The notes beneath the pieces were generated by a model that saw nothing but the letters and a program-made list of their open reading frames with translations, did no database searches and had not been told where the DNA came from. Source: Azolla caroliniana (Eukaryota > Plantae > Polypodiophyta). Taken from it: a stretch of DNA of 64,000 nt. Each line of letters opens with the position of its first letter. Within the stretch, counting starts at the first letter, position 1. A program made the translations under genes and the position numbers. The stretch is taken from contig JBHGNT010000018.1 of assembly GCA_043228905.1 (NCBI GenBank), forward strand, positions 13,640,001-13,704,000, written 5' to 3'. Below, piece by piece: positions 11,662 through 25,080 of the stretch.

Positions 11662-14600
11662 ATGGGTTTTGAATCACCCCCAGGCCGTTACTTTCAGAAT
11701 TGGGCTGATCATAGTCCTCGAGCTGAGACATCGACAAGTCTAGAAGGAGATGTGAAGGATAATACAGTAATCTTTTTGTTCTCTTTTGCACTTAATTTCT
11801 CATTAGTCTACGAATTATTTGAACAATAAGGTTGCCATAAGGTTTGACATGTGAAACTTGTGAATTTGCCAATTGTTTCAGCTCGAAAATGGAGGTGGAA
11901 GCGAATTAGCTCTAGCATCAGGGTCTTCTGATCATGATCGTGGAAAAGTACTCGATTCCAAGGTATTGTTTCCATGTCAACGTATTTTATGGAGTTCAGC
12001 TCATTGTCGATGTAGAGGAATAATGAGGTGAAATGATTTATTTTCCCCTATCCCATTGCTTATGTGCTGCTTGGATTAGGAAACATATGTGGAGAATCAT
12101 TGTACTTGCTAATTCTATATATAAGCCCCATTATGGCAAACCAATTTGTATGTTGCGGGTATCTAGAATGTTGGAGGAAACTTCCCTCATCAGTATTTAT
12201 GAATCATTATTAATTGGATACACCTTTTGATGGCTCAAGGGAGAAAACAATGCAAGTTTAATGGTGTAAATTATATTAAAAATTTGATTGAGTAGTCCTA
12301 GTAATGGAACTAAAATACCTTTAATTGCTCTCAAGTAGATCTACTATCTAACAAAGAAGAGTTGTCATCCCCCAGGGTTTGTTAATTTATTTTCTATTAT
12401 TAAAACATATAGAAACTCGAAATTACGTACAAACTTCATCCAAAGTTGCAGAATGTTATAATTGTTGTAGTGGAAACTTTATAGAAATGCCAGAGCAATA
12501 TTGCAGTATATTGTATTTGAAAGTCTCCAATGCTTTAGTCATTCAGAGTGAGTACTACTGGAACACACGAGAATTCTTTAGTTCTAATCTGTTTTCCATA
12601 TGTTATGATTATATTGTTTTAACAATTTTCCATGGATTTCATTGTAAGATACATGTTTCTATTCTTCAAAACCTGAAGTGTGTTCTAATCTGTTTTCCAT
12701 ATGTTATGATTATATTGTTTTAACAATTTGCCATGGATTTCATTGTAAGATACATGTTTCTATTCTTCAAAACCTGAAGTGTGTATATCTGGAATATCCC
12801 AGGTCCTTCGGCGTTTGGCCCAAAATCGTGAAGCAGCTCGGAAAAGCCGATTGAGGAAGAAAGTAATCATTTATTATTATTATCCTGAGCTCTGTTAACA
12901 CACATCTAAGCATTGGTTTTATTATAATTTGGTGTCTTTCAACCAAATCAATTGCCTCTTTTCCAGGCTTATGTGCAACAGCTTGAATCAAGTCGACTGA
13001 AGCTCAACCAACTAGAACAAGAGCTTGAGAGAGTTAGGCAACAAGTAAGATCATTGCTGAGAGCACATGCCATTAGTAAAATGCAAAGACACTATGCTCT
13101 TTAACTAGTTTCAAGTTTATTTTCAGGGAATGTTCATGGGGGCCTCCTCAGGGGATCAAAGTCATCCAGGTATTTCAATAGATTTGTAATGTACTTTTAT
13201 TATTATTATTATTTTTAGATCCATAACTGAAAGGGAAAAACTTCAAAAGCTCCTGATCATTCTTTTTTTCTCCCTAGCTGGTGTTTTTGCATCAATCCCC
13301 CTCTACTTTTCTCCCTAACTAAAATGATACTTTAGAGTTAATAACTTATTTCTTAGGCCACGTGTTTAGGTGTTTTTGCATTTGACATGGATCATGCACG
13401 CTGGATTGAGGAACAAAATCGTCATGTGTCTGAGCTACGGTCTGCATTAGCTGCACATGTGACTGATAACGATTTACGTGTACTTGTGGACAATGGTGTT
13501 TCACATTACGACGAGCTTTTTCGGCTCAAAGGAATTGCTGTAAAAGCAGATGTTTTCCACATTGTATCTGGGATGTGGAAAACTCCAGCTGAACGTTGCT
13601 TTATGTGGATGGGTGGTTTCCGTCCTTCCGAAATTTTAAAGGTATCCATCCTTCTCTCTCTTTCCACAAATCTGCAAGTTATAGCTGGGGAATGGAAGTC
13701 TTAGTTTATAGATTAAGTTACCTCCATCCATTCAGCTTGTTGAACTTCATCATTATTGTTATAATGCGTGAGGATTCATTACAAAACCTTGGCCATGTGT
13801 GACATAAAATTTATGAGGCAAGTTACTTATTGTAAAGATGTATCTCAGGTTAATTTATGCCCTGACATGGATGTATTTTTTCGCAATTTGTCATTGTGAA
13901 GTACTGGTCAAGGAAAGTGTGAATATGGGTATTTTAATGGTGTTTGTAGACTAAATTGAACTAATTTATGATGGTGGCTAAATTTATGATGACAATGCAA
14001 GTCTTGTTGTGGATTTTTTGAGTAGTTTGCTCATGAAACCCTGAGATAGTGCATAAAAAGAATATTAGTATCACATAATTCTGGGCTTTGTTTTTGGATC
14101 AGATCTTAATTCCACAGCTCGAACCCCTTACAGAGCAGCAACTGCTAGCGGTATGTAATCTTCAGCAATCATCACAACAGGCCGAGGACGCATTGTCACA
14201 GGGGATGGAAGCCCTTCAGCAAAATCTTGCTGATACGCTGGCTGCTGGCTCGCTTGGAACATCGAACGTTGCCAATTACATGGGTCAGATGGCTATGGCC
14301 ATGGGCAAACTTGGAACACTCGAGAACTTTGTTCGCCAGGTCTATACCCCATGCCAATGTCCTTTCTGTTTTGTAACATGAATGACTAACATAGCGAAAG
14401 ACTTCGAAATACCATGTTTTATTTATTTTGTTTCACTAACCCCACGTCGCCTTTTCCCTGAAGTTTTTGTTAATTTACCAAAATGCCCTTGTGCCCCCCC
14501 AACCCCCTTTTGGAGCAATTATATAGTCAGCACAACTCATTGCTTTTCGTCTCAAGTTTGATGTGGTATTTGAGCAATTATATGGCCAATTTCTCCCCTT

Positions 14601-14987
14601 ATTTCTCTCTTTCAAGGTTAACCAAGTGCATTTGGGGAAATAAAGAAACAACTATGGGTGTTTAGGGGAATAAAGAAAAACCCAAGGAGGGTATTTGGGA
14701 GTTTACCATTCATTATTTCCACATATTTTACAACTACAACACCACCTTTATATGTTTGATTCTTGAAATATAGAGGATATGCTTTCTACATTTCCCCTTT
14801 TCACATGAAATGTCCTTTTTTGCTTTTATTTTGGATACAGGCAGACAATCTTCGACAACAAACGCTTCAGCAAATGAACCGGATCCTCACAACAAGGCAG
14901 GCAGCTAGAGCATTGCTAGCTATGGGAGATTACTTCTCACGTCTCCGAGCATTGAGCTCTCTTTGGGTAGCTCGACCACGTGAATGA
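11662..14987 (+). CDS. TGA: TGA-class bZIP transcription factor (bZIP + DOG1 domain)
   Basis: GT-AG exons: 11662-11766, 11882-11962, 12803-12862 (VLRRLAQNREAARKSRLRKK), 12967-13044 (AYVQQLESSRLKL), 13127-13169, 13370-13641 (KADVFHIVSGMWKTPAERCFMWMGGFRPSE), 14103-14339 (QQAEDALSQGMEAL), 14841-14987 (ADNLRQQTL..RLRALSSLW). An in-frame stop lies just upstream of ATG 11662. There is a probable 5' UTR exon ending at 10745. Confidence 0.95.
12581..12783. repeat. ~101-bp near-perfect tandem duplication in TGA intron
   Basis: GTTCTAATCTGTTTTCCATATGTTATG...CAAAACCTGAAGTGT occurs twice head-to-tail, ending ~20 nt before the bZIP exon acceptor. Confidence 0.9.
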
Positions 14988-17900
14988 GGAAGTATTGATT
15001 AGAGACATCGAAAAAAGGTGTTATCAGCATTGTTGTGCAAATAAAAAATTTAACGAATTTCTGTGGATTTGTGGAAACCTTCGTGCTATCAGTTGATAGC
15101 TGATACCGTAGTAGTCATCAGAGCTTAATTGCATGATCAGTCAACAAACCAGAAAAGGTTGAAAATTGATGAGAAGCTATCGCTAATCCGTACAACTTCA
15201 ATGTGAAGTATTGCATCATTATTTCCTTCGAGCTTCTAACGACACCAGAGGTTACAGTCCCCCCTTCCCGACTGTTTTCAGCCCTCAACGGCTCTGTAAG
15301 AGTTTCTGTTGTTCTTAATGTACTCTAACATTTCTAGAAACTAAATAATTGCTAGGAGGTATTGGTCGACTTTGTAATCAACCATTTGTTCTGTCAGGCA
15401 ATTACCTGACATCATGTTAGTATAGTCAAGTCACCTGCGATCACAGTACTCTATTAGATTAGAGGTACTACTTGTAAAATGTTTTTAATAATGTCAAATA
15501 GAAGAAACTCCATGGTTGTACTGTACATCTGTCATATTCGGCTTCCAAATTGGGACAGTGTTTTGCTCTTATATTCCAGGCTTAGGAATTCAATAATTTG
15601 TATGATTACTAAAGGGTCAATGTCGTTGAATTTATCAAACAACCGACATGTATGTATACCATGGGTGGTGTTGAATGAATGAAGCATTGAATAGCTGGAA
15701 TGAAGTCAATAGAATAAATTGATGTTTCATTGGCCAAAGTCAATGACCTGGGGAGAATCATAGTGAGAATCACATAATTTTGGAATAGAAGTTTAGTTTT
15801 TAAATATTATCCAATTGTGAGTACTATTAGAATTCTTATATTTAACTAGCATAATCATGGATCATAATATTAACAAATTTTCCTTGAGCCTATGTTTTCC
15901 TTGAGTTTTCTTTGAAGGTTTATTTACAAACTATGTGAGATGAGCTACAATATCATGTATGAATGAACAACTACCATCTTTATTTTTATCACATGAAATT
16001 TTCTTCAATTTTGTTTCATATGCTTTTAGAGCATAATTTACTAGCATGATATATTTAAAGATTCAAGAAAACCTTTTTTTAATACTTAAAAAAGGATCTT
16101 GACATGCACTTTCCATTTGATGAAACTAACTTTGTTGGACTCACTTGAGATTTCATGTCCTTAGAACCCCACAAACACTTTGGGTGTGTGAGTGTGCATT
16201 CTTTTCAGATAAGATGTTTAAAGAAATTGGCACTTCTAGTCGTATATGTATAATGTCAAGAGTGTGAGCAAGAGTATCATTGGGTATGGTTCCGAAATTG
16301 TTCCCACCATTGTTGTGCAGTTTCCCTAATTTCTAGGTATATGCTCATTTACTATAATTAGTTTTCATAGGTAATCTAATATATAGGTTATTGGTTTATG
16401 TCTCTAAAAGAAATAAAAGCTAACAAACAATTCATGAGTAGGCAATGTGTAGGTTGATGCCTCATAAATTGTCCTCCATAGTGGTAGGATCACTCAAAAT
16501 GTATGATCCTTATAGAAATACGTGATGACATTGGTAACTATGGTAGGTTCGTACTATGCCTTGCTAGGCCTAAGTGTTGTGAGGGACCTAATGGGTGAAC
16601 AATGACTACTATGGTAATCGCCAATAGAGAAGGTAAACCAAAGAGGTGTCAGATTGATACATTCATGACATTATGATATCAATCCAATCTACTTATCCTG
16701 CGATGTTGTATGATTCAACTATCTTTGTTATTAATACGATGTGTTTTAGGGCAACAACCAAGACAAATGAGTTGTAGGGAGCCCTAACAACAATGTAAAT
16801 GAGGATGCTTAAGACCATGAAGCTAGAGAAAGATATAGCAAGGCAATGAAGTGTGAAAAGGAGCTACCTAATTGTAGTTTATCAAATAATATGGATATTA
16901 TGGGGATGGCAAAATTTGAAAACACCATGATGGGAAGAAAGGGCAACAAGTCAATGATGATTTTACTTTCAGCATTTTCATTTATGTCCAATTCAACTGT
17001 TGAGTGTTGTTGATAGAGCATGTCATTTTCTTTTAACTAGAGAGTGTCGTCAATAAAGCATGACATTTTCTTTTGTCTCAAGGGTGACCTCGAGAAAGGA
17101 TGCCTTTTTCTTTTAAAGCTTGAGTTTTTTAAGCGAGAGAAAGAGATAAACGATATTGTATATGATGCATTCAAACACATACATGTGGATGTGAGGTGGC
17201 AAGCTCTCTCTCATGATGATTGTGACATTTACGAAACTTTTATCAAGTAAAGATGCTTTTTGGTAATGTCTACATAAAATAATTATCATTCTACATGACA
17301 TGAATAGAGAATAAAATTTTAATGTTTGTTGCATCTCCTTAATAATAACAACAATAATGTTGTGTGTCAAGTTTCAATTATTTAACAATTGATTGGCATG
17401 AAAAAGTGGGAACTATTTCATTCTTTATAATTGAGAAAGTATAGACAATATCGTAATATATAATACAAATCCGACAAAATAGAATTCTACTTCGATGAGG
17501 TTAGAAACTATTACTTTACACCAGAGATTGAAAGTTAATAAAACTTCATAGGATCATTGGTTGATTCAAGAATTAACATCATTTGAACAAGAGATGAACC
17601 AATCAATGAACGACTTAATCTTTACATACAATGGTTTTATGAAGGATGTTTGCCGCTTGTGTATCTAAATGTTGATTTCATCATATCAACACAAACCTAT
17701 AACCGATCAATGCATACCAACCTGATTTCTTAACTCAACAAGAGGAAAACACCTATGAGTTTGGGAAGTTAGAGAAAACCTTGGGTTTGTTCAAACTAGA
17801 TTGTTGCTAGACAAATCGGAGTCTAAACTGAACATGGGACACATTGTTAGAGGCTAGAGCACATGTGTTACACTAAGACTCTGACCATCCTCAAATACCC

Positions 17901-18628
17901 GAAATGAAAACAAAAAATTAATGCCTCATTTCCACTTCAAAGCACAGTTTGCCACAAAACCCTCAAGTCCATACAACATGTAGGTTAGATTTGGTTCGAA
18001 GACATGGCCCAATGAAATGATGCACAACCTACAACCCGAGATAACGTTTAAAAAAAAAGTTCACACGATGTTTGAGTAAATTGGTAGTGGACCACAATGT
18101 TCTCATGCAAAGGCAATATACACCATATTTCTTCCCCAACAAACTCCATCTCTCCACGTGACCACAGTCCTTGCATTGCATCTGAATTTATGTAGATGCT
18201 ATTTGTGACGAGTGAGGAGTGGACTAGAGCCGAGATCAATGTAGTAATAGTAAGCCAAAAAGCTCAACGGGTTGGGAGTAGCTTGGGGACACACACACAC
18301 ACAGATGGGTGGCTTCTCATGAGAGGAAATTTATGTCTTTCCCCTGTTTGCCCGAAGGAGTATATACATATATGTATGGCTCGACCCAAGGCGGAGACAT
18401 GTATGCGATCGACGAATCAATGAATAAAGAAACCAATCAACCAATGAATTAGTGTTGTTAATTCACTAAAATATCGTGGGTAGCAATAAGTGTGTCTTAT
18501 GTAAAAAAAAAAAAATGGCCTCTATGTCAAAATCGAGTGGAAAAGCAGAAGAAAGAAAGTGAGTCATGGAAAAAGGCCTCCGAGGTCTCGCCATTGCTCT
18601 CTCTCTCTCTCTCTGCAACCGAATACTC

Positions 18629-18676
<48 letters not shown>

Positions 18677-18702
18677 GTATAGTCGACAGGGTGCTATCAG
18701 CT

Positions 18703-20611
18703 ATGACCCAGAGAGCAGGTGAAGAAGACGTGGAGGAGCAGCAGCTCCATGTCCATGTCCATGTCCATGGTAGAGAAGATGGACAGCTCCATGATGATGA
18801 TGATGATGCTGATGATGGTAGCGGTAGTAGGGATCACGATGCGAGAATTGCAGTAGACACAGCGGCATCCCCCCTCCCCCAAATCTCATCAGACAGCCCG
18901 CATGTTAAAGAAGAAGAAGAAGATGATGATGATCCTCCTCCTCCTCCTTCCAAAGCCGCCATACCTCCTTCGTCGGATGCAGACGTTGAACCAAGACACA
19001 ACAGCCTGTCATCAAACCTTCACTCTGATGAGCTCGCAGAGGTAGAAACACGTAAAGACCCCCCCAATGAAACCCCTCAAATCACCCCTGAGACCACTGA
19101 CAATGACACCGCTTATACATCTAAAGAGAACGAGGATAGTGCCCCTGCCCCCACTCTTATCCCCGCCTCCCGTCAAGATCAAAGTCAAGAAGGAAAAGAT
19201 CAAGGCCTAGTTCAAGTTCAAGAAGGACATGGACAAGAACAACAAGGTCCAGATCAAGTTCCAGGTGAAGATGGGAAGGCTACAGTCGGCCGTTCTATCC
19301 GATCTAGCATCCCCGCGATTACAAAGACTCTACGATCAGTTACGGATAACATTTCTTTCTCCATACGGGCTTCTTCTAAACTCAGATCTCCCCCTACATA
19401 TGGCTATAAGAGTGGACGGTCTTTACACATGAGGAGCTCGGAATTGAGTGTTCGATCTGGCGCTACCGTACTTTCCCTTGTTGCCTTTTCAGTCATGGCT
19501 GCAACTGCCGAAGAACGCCAAGGTGCTGGAAGCACGTTCAAGATGAAGTTCAATGATTTCGATTCCTACAAGTAAGCTATGTGAACAACAGAATAGCAGA
19601 CAAAAAATTACAGCTCTGAATTTTTTTTCTCTTTATTTCCTTGATAATGCCCCTAAAATTTTGTTGTATTCCTTCTTGCCCCTTGGAGCACTTGGTTCAT
19701 TTAATCATTCGATGACGTGGTTTAGCCCCCCTCCAGAGTTTCACTTTATTTCCTTGGAATGCCCCAAAACTTTTGTTGTCTTCCTTCTTGTGCCTTCAAT
19801 CACTTGTTCATTTTAATGATTCAGAGCCGCGGTTTTTTTAGCATTATCTTGTAAGTTGTAAGTCATAAAAGAAATACAATACTTGCATAAGATCTTTAAT
19901 TGTAACAGACCTGTGAAGTTCTATATACATTTTGTAATGTCTGTATGTTTTCAAATTTGCGGCTATATAAGTTTGGCCATCATCAATAAAATTCAATGAA
20001 CGATGTATTTCTTGGAACACATTAGATATGCTAAAAGGGATGAAGAAGAAAATCATCAACACCAGGTGCTAAACTATTGATCTTTGTCTGTTTACACAGT
20101 TATCTGGTAGCTATCAATGCTATTGTGTTTACATATTTTGTGAGCCAACTAGTTTTTATTGCTCGCTTAAATCTCAAGGGCGACTTATTGTCTTACGACA
20201 AGAGGCTCATACTGTATGTTGTTGATCAGGTGAGACTTTTATTGCAATATCTATTGGGTATATATAACTCTGGCATCCTAGTCTAAACACATCCGATCCA
20301 ATGTAATCCACTTAGGGAGCATCTAAAATGCAAGAAAAACCTAACAAAATTGCAATTAAAAATAGGTATTCATATTTTAGGTTCTGGCATTCTTATCATT
20401 TTCTGCAAGCACGGCTGCCGCTACAGCCGCCCACCTGTGTCGACGCGGCTTACCTAATATATGGCCACCTGCTTGCTCAACATGGAAGCTTTCGCTTTTT
20501 TGCACGAAGGCCGACATTGCCGTGGCAATAAGCTTCTTCGCCTCGTTTTGTGTCATTGGATCAGCTCTTTATTCCGGCCATCACTTGTCAAAATTGATAG
20601 AGTTTATCTAA
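18703..20611 (+). CDS. CASPL: CASP-like (CASPL, DUF588/MARVEL) four-TM protein with long acidic N-terminal extension
   Basis: Exons 18703-19571, 20100-20229 and 20381-20611 give the canonical 3-exon CASPL layout. Motifs: RSGATVLSLVAFSVMA, KFNDFDSY|YLVAIN, VVDQ|VLAFLSFSASTAAA, WPPACSTWKLSLFC. Confidence 0.9.
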
Positions 20612-23263
20612 GAAAACATGGTGAAAAAACGTTAGCACGTTTGTTTCTTCTTGGCCATATATTTAGGCCAAAGGTAAAGGAGATGGACAAGCACTTGTTT
20701 CCATATGTTTGGCCTACAGGGTGCTCTTCATCTTTCCAAAGAAAAGATGGCTTGATGAAATGATTATAAGCATATATTGCCTATGCAAGGAGAGGCTTCT
20801 TTTAATTTCCAACAAGGTCTATAGATATGTCAGTATATCTGTGAACACCTCCAAAGGTATACTATGTTGACCCACCATATCAAAGGCGTTCAAGGCTTAT
20901 TCAAAAGACTGTAATCTGTAATCTTTGATTTTTATGGCAATCTGTAGGCACCAGATTTAAATGGTACCCATGTATATCTAATTCGTCAATAAAAATCCAC
21001 TGTAAACCCCCTTAACTAAATGCATGGTCTATGTATGATTAGAGATTATGAGTGTCAACTCTGCTCGCGTCAAGACACACACATTACTTTGTATATAATA
21101 TACGCAGACCAAAAACTCTAAAGCCCAAACAAATATTTCTGTATGAGTGTTCATTATTTGATATTTATTTGACATCCTCATTTATATCCAGTATTAGTCT
21201 TCTCTACATCCTAAACAATGTGTTTGTAATATACAAATCTTCTCTCTATATGATTTGTGCACGGTTTATAGGTTGTTTTATGTACTTCTATTGACTGCTC
21301 ATAAGCGGCTGTAACATAGCTTTTTTATCTGAGCTATACATGACATGTTGAGCTCGCTATGGAAAAAAATAATGAGAACCTTGGTATGTACTCTTTGTCA
21401 CAAAACATTTATCAGTTAGCATGGTTTTTCTGGTGGATCTTATTCTATTAGATTTATGCTTCTCATTTTCACATATAGAAATGTTTCATCTACTATTTCT
21501 TGTTTGTGTTCTTCTTTTTGATGATAGTTTCTTCTGATATGATGTGGTCCACATTTTAGTGTAAACTGGTTACGTCTGTCTGGATAAAGCCAATGGATAT
21601 TGCAGGTGGTTTTTTTCTCAGTTTCATTTTGCAAGAATAGACAACATTCAGTCTCATGTTATAGCTGAATTTTTAGAATAATTGTGACTGATTGAGTGTT
21701 CGGATTCTTATTGTTTGTTATTGTTTTCTTCATCTATCAGTATTTTATCTTTTAACACCTGTGTGAACAGTGGTGTTTGATCACTAACTGGTCAATCAAT
21801 GGTGTTATGGAAAGGAATGTTGAATTGTAGACCGTTATAGAGAGACTGTCTCAAAATATTTTGTATATTCCTCTCTGAATGTTTCCACAATATGGGTATC
21901 AACATCCATTGTCACCAAAAGGATAGGTGTAGCCCAAATTGGTGAGCTAGGGCCTTTGCCCAAAGGTATTTTTGTGGCATTAAGATGAATGTACCAAATA
22001 TCTTATACCAAATTGGTAAATTGGACCTAGAAATGACGTCAACAACATTCTGTAATCCGTGTTCTCGACTTGGACAAAAAATATTCAAAAACTCATCTCA
22101 ACTTTTGGTCATTGGTCGTGTACTTTATAGATTGAAGTAAGCATCAACTTATCATAATCTTGTGGATTCATGACATGAGAATTATACCTCAATACCAAAA
22201 AAATAATTGAAGAGATAATCAAGGCACATGTTAGGAAAATATTATATCCTTGTTTAAAGATTACTAGTAGTTTTTTGTTCTAGGCATTTCTCATGATTCC
22301 ACAACTAAAACGTGTCACTCGTTATTATTGGGATGGTGCATCTTGGCCAAGGTCTCTTAACCATTCATGATTATGCATGATTTGTAGTGTTTACGACCTT
22401 GATTGAAACCTTGGAAAATAATGCAGTGTTGAAGGCTTCCGTGAGTAAGTTGTATTTATGGCAACTTGGATATGGTGAAGCACACGAGAAACTTGCCAAT
22501 CACAATTGTATGATGTGAATTGAGCACAAAAAACTCCGTTAAATGTAAGGGAACCTTAGTGATACCTTGTATGACTAGAAACATGTCAATGTTGTAAATA
22601 ATTTTTTAAGAGCAGATGTATCTATGGCCCATGACTTTGTTGTGCATAAATTTTCATTTCACTCACATCTCGCATCAATGTGTATATTTTCCCCTCCAAT
22701 GCTTCCTAAGAGAGATATAGATTTTACTATAATCTCAGGAAGTTAAATATGACCTATGAAACAAAAAATATAACATTTTCACGAAATACATATGAAAGTT
22801 AGTAGTGACACTTGATGTTCAAGAACTTTACCAATGAATGTTGCAATCAAGACTGTACTCTCTGAATGCGAGAGAAATTTGTGCAATGATTGGGTTTGGT
22901 TGAAGATGGGTAGAAAGCATAGTTGACTCTGATCATGGCAGAGCATTGTGCCAAAGTGTAATACTCCAACTCCCAAACTTGTTTAGGGCAAATTGTGTGC
23001 ATAGTGAACTACTCCCATCAGTTATGCTCTAACACCTCATCTCACATCGTTGTGAGTGTGACCTAAGGAAGCAATTATTCAAATGGTTGGGATAGGCTTA
23101 ACATGTGGGTGTGTGCGGTTGGAAAAAGGTCAAATTCATAAAGGAATCTATTGATGCATTATGAAGCTAGTGCGTTGCACCCCATTCTTCCAAATTAAAT
23201 TTTCATACTTGCTTTTATATGTCGTTTGGATTGTTTTTCTTGCTTTTCATGTGATACTAGGAA

Positions 23264-23266
<3 letters not shown>

Positions 23267-23332
<66 letters not shown>
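23267..23332. repeat. (AG)n microsatellite
   Basis: Long perfect AG run. Confidence 0.95.
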
Positions 23333-23335
<3 letters not shown>

Positions 23336-23599
23336 ATTTTTGCGATTGCACTCTCTATCGGTAATGAAATTCTACACAGATACAAGTGTTGGAAAACCCT
23401 TGAACAGAGATCCACAATGAGATATAAAATGTTTAAATTGGTTTTTTGTGTTGTTGTTCGCAGCAGTAGAAACAAAGAACCTTGCGTTGTCATTTAGACA
23501 CCTACTCAACATGAATTGCATGGCTCTTATGATATTCTTCATCTTCATTTTCTTCAAGCGCGCGAGGTCTTGTTTTCTCTCTTAGTCATGGAAAAGTTC

Positions 23600-25080
23600 T
23601 TTTATCATAGTTTGATACAACATCAAGGATAGAGGACATGAACATGACTTCTTCACAATGTATGGGGGACATTGATATGGAAACAATTGCTCCAAATAAG
23701 ACAAAATTATATTAGAATGCCATGGCCTAAGTAAAGAAATATGATAAATGTTGGTGATGTAATGCAATGGTTGCATGTAGTTGACCATCTTGCTCGTTGG
23801 AACATTAGTGTCCTATTTGGATGATAGTGAATTGTAAACATGCATTTTCAAAGTCGCTTTTACCAGAGTTGATGGGCCGAATAGGAGTGAAAGATGCTTG
23901 GTATGTACTAAAAAAGACTCAGAGTTCGCTAAGCTTTTCAAGAGTAGGCTACAATAGTATAAATGACTTTTGCATGTCTCACATAGACAGAATATACATA
24001 AGCTCGGAACTAGAAAAATATGGCAACAATGTTGAAATCATCGCTGGTTCAGCCTACTCTGATAATATGCATGTTAAGATTACATTAGTCAACTAGAGGA
24101 GGCCAGAAAAAGACTACAACTTGAGGATCCACAATAAGCTTTTGAGGTTGCAGAGGTGGGAAGGAAGATAAGGAGAATATGGGCAAGTAATCCAGTGGGT
24201 TGTGGTGCACTTGATAAACTTAGAGGGAAGATTATTGAAACTTCAATGTATTTGCATGCGAAGACTAAAAATAGAATTTTGAGGTCTAAGGAAAGAGAAG
24301 TGAGATTAAGAAGATCGATAGCAGATGCCCAAAGAATGCTTCAGAAGATCCCATGTGTACTTGGTCTAGAGCAACTCTTGAGGTTGCTAGAGAAATGCTA
24401 CAACGGTTGATTGTGTCTAGAAACATGTCAGATGTTATTCAGGAGTTCAGCGGCATGGTGGAGCAAGAATGGGGATAAGGTAAACCAACAATTTTTTAAG
24501 TATAAAAAGTCGAAAACAAACTGTAGCTACAAACTTAAGTTGATTAAGGAGGATGGATCATTGTCGGAAGATGTATCGGAGATCATGAAGGTGGTCACAA
24601 CACATTATTGTGGGCTATAATTCTCAAACAGTTATAGTATCCTCGAATAGCCTACTCTAAAAAAACTTGTATGGGAGGGAATGCCACAAAGAATTTCAGA
24701 GGTTGCACAAGTTAATCTATCAAGGCCACTCTTGGAATAGGAGGTGTCAGATGTTTTGGTGGGTATATGAAGAGCGTCTTGTCCAAGCATCAACGGATTA
24801 TCAAGAGAATTTTTTGAAATTTTTTGGGAAGTGATGAAGATTAACTTGGTTGATGGTCTAAATGAGGCATGGGATGTTGGGTGCTTGATATTTCTAATTC
24901 CTAAGGTACATGGTCTAATAGGAGATGCAAGGCAATGGAGACCGAGGAAGGCAAAGTTGTGGTGGTTGTTCAAACTAGGTCTAACATTGAAAGAACGGGC
25001 TAACATGGAGGACAAGGTGGCCTGCGCCATAATGAGGGCCTGATCAAGTGTAAGAGAAGGTGGCTTGTAAGAGACCACAA
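23600..25080 (+). mobile_element. Degenerate L1-like LINE ORF2 fragment (endonuclease C-term to RT start)
   Basis: SHIDRIYIS and YSDN (RID/SDH-like), WSKNGDKVNQQFF (W..GD.N..FF) and PSINGLSREFFEIFW (PGPDG..EF..W-like) appear in broken frames. Confidence 0.7.

Noticed and set aside
23161-23493. ERER/SLSL ORFs
   Set aside because: They are translations of an (AG)n microsatellite.
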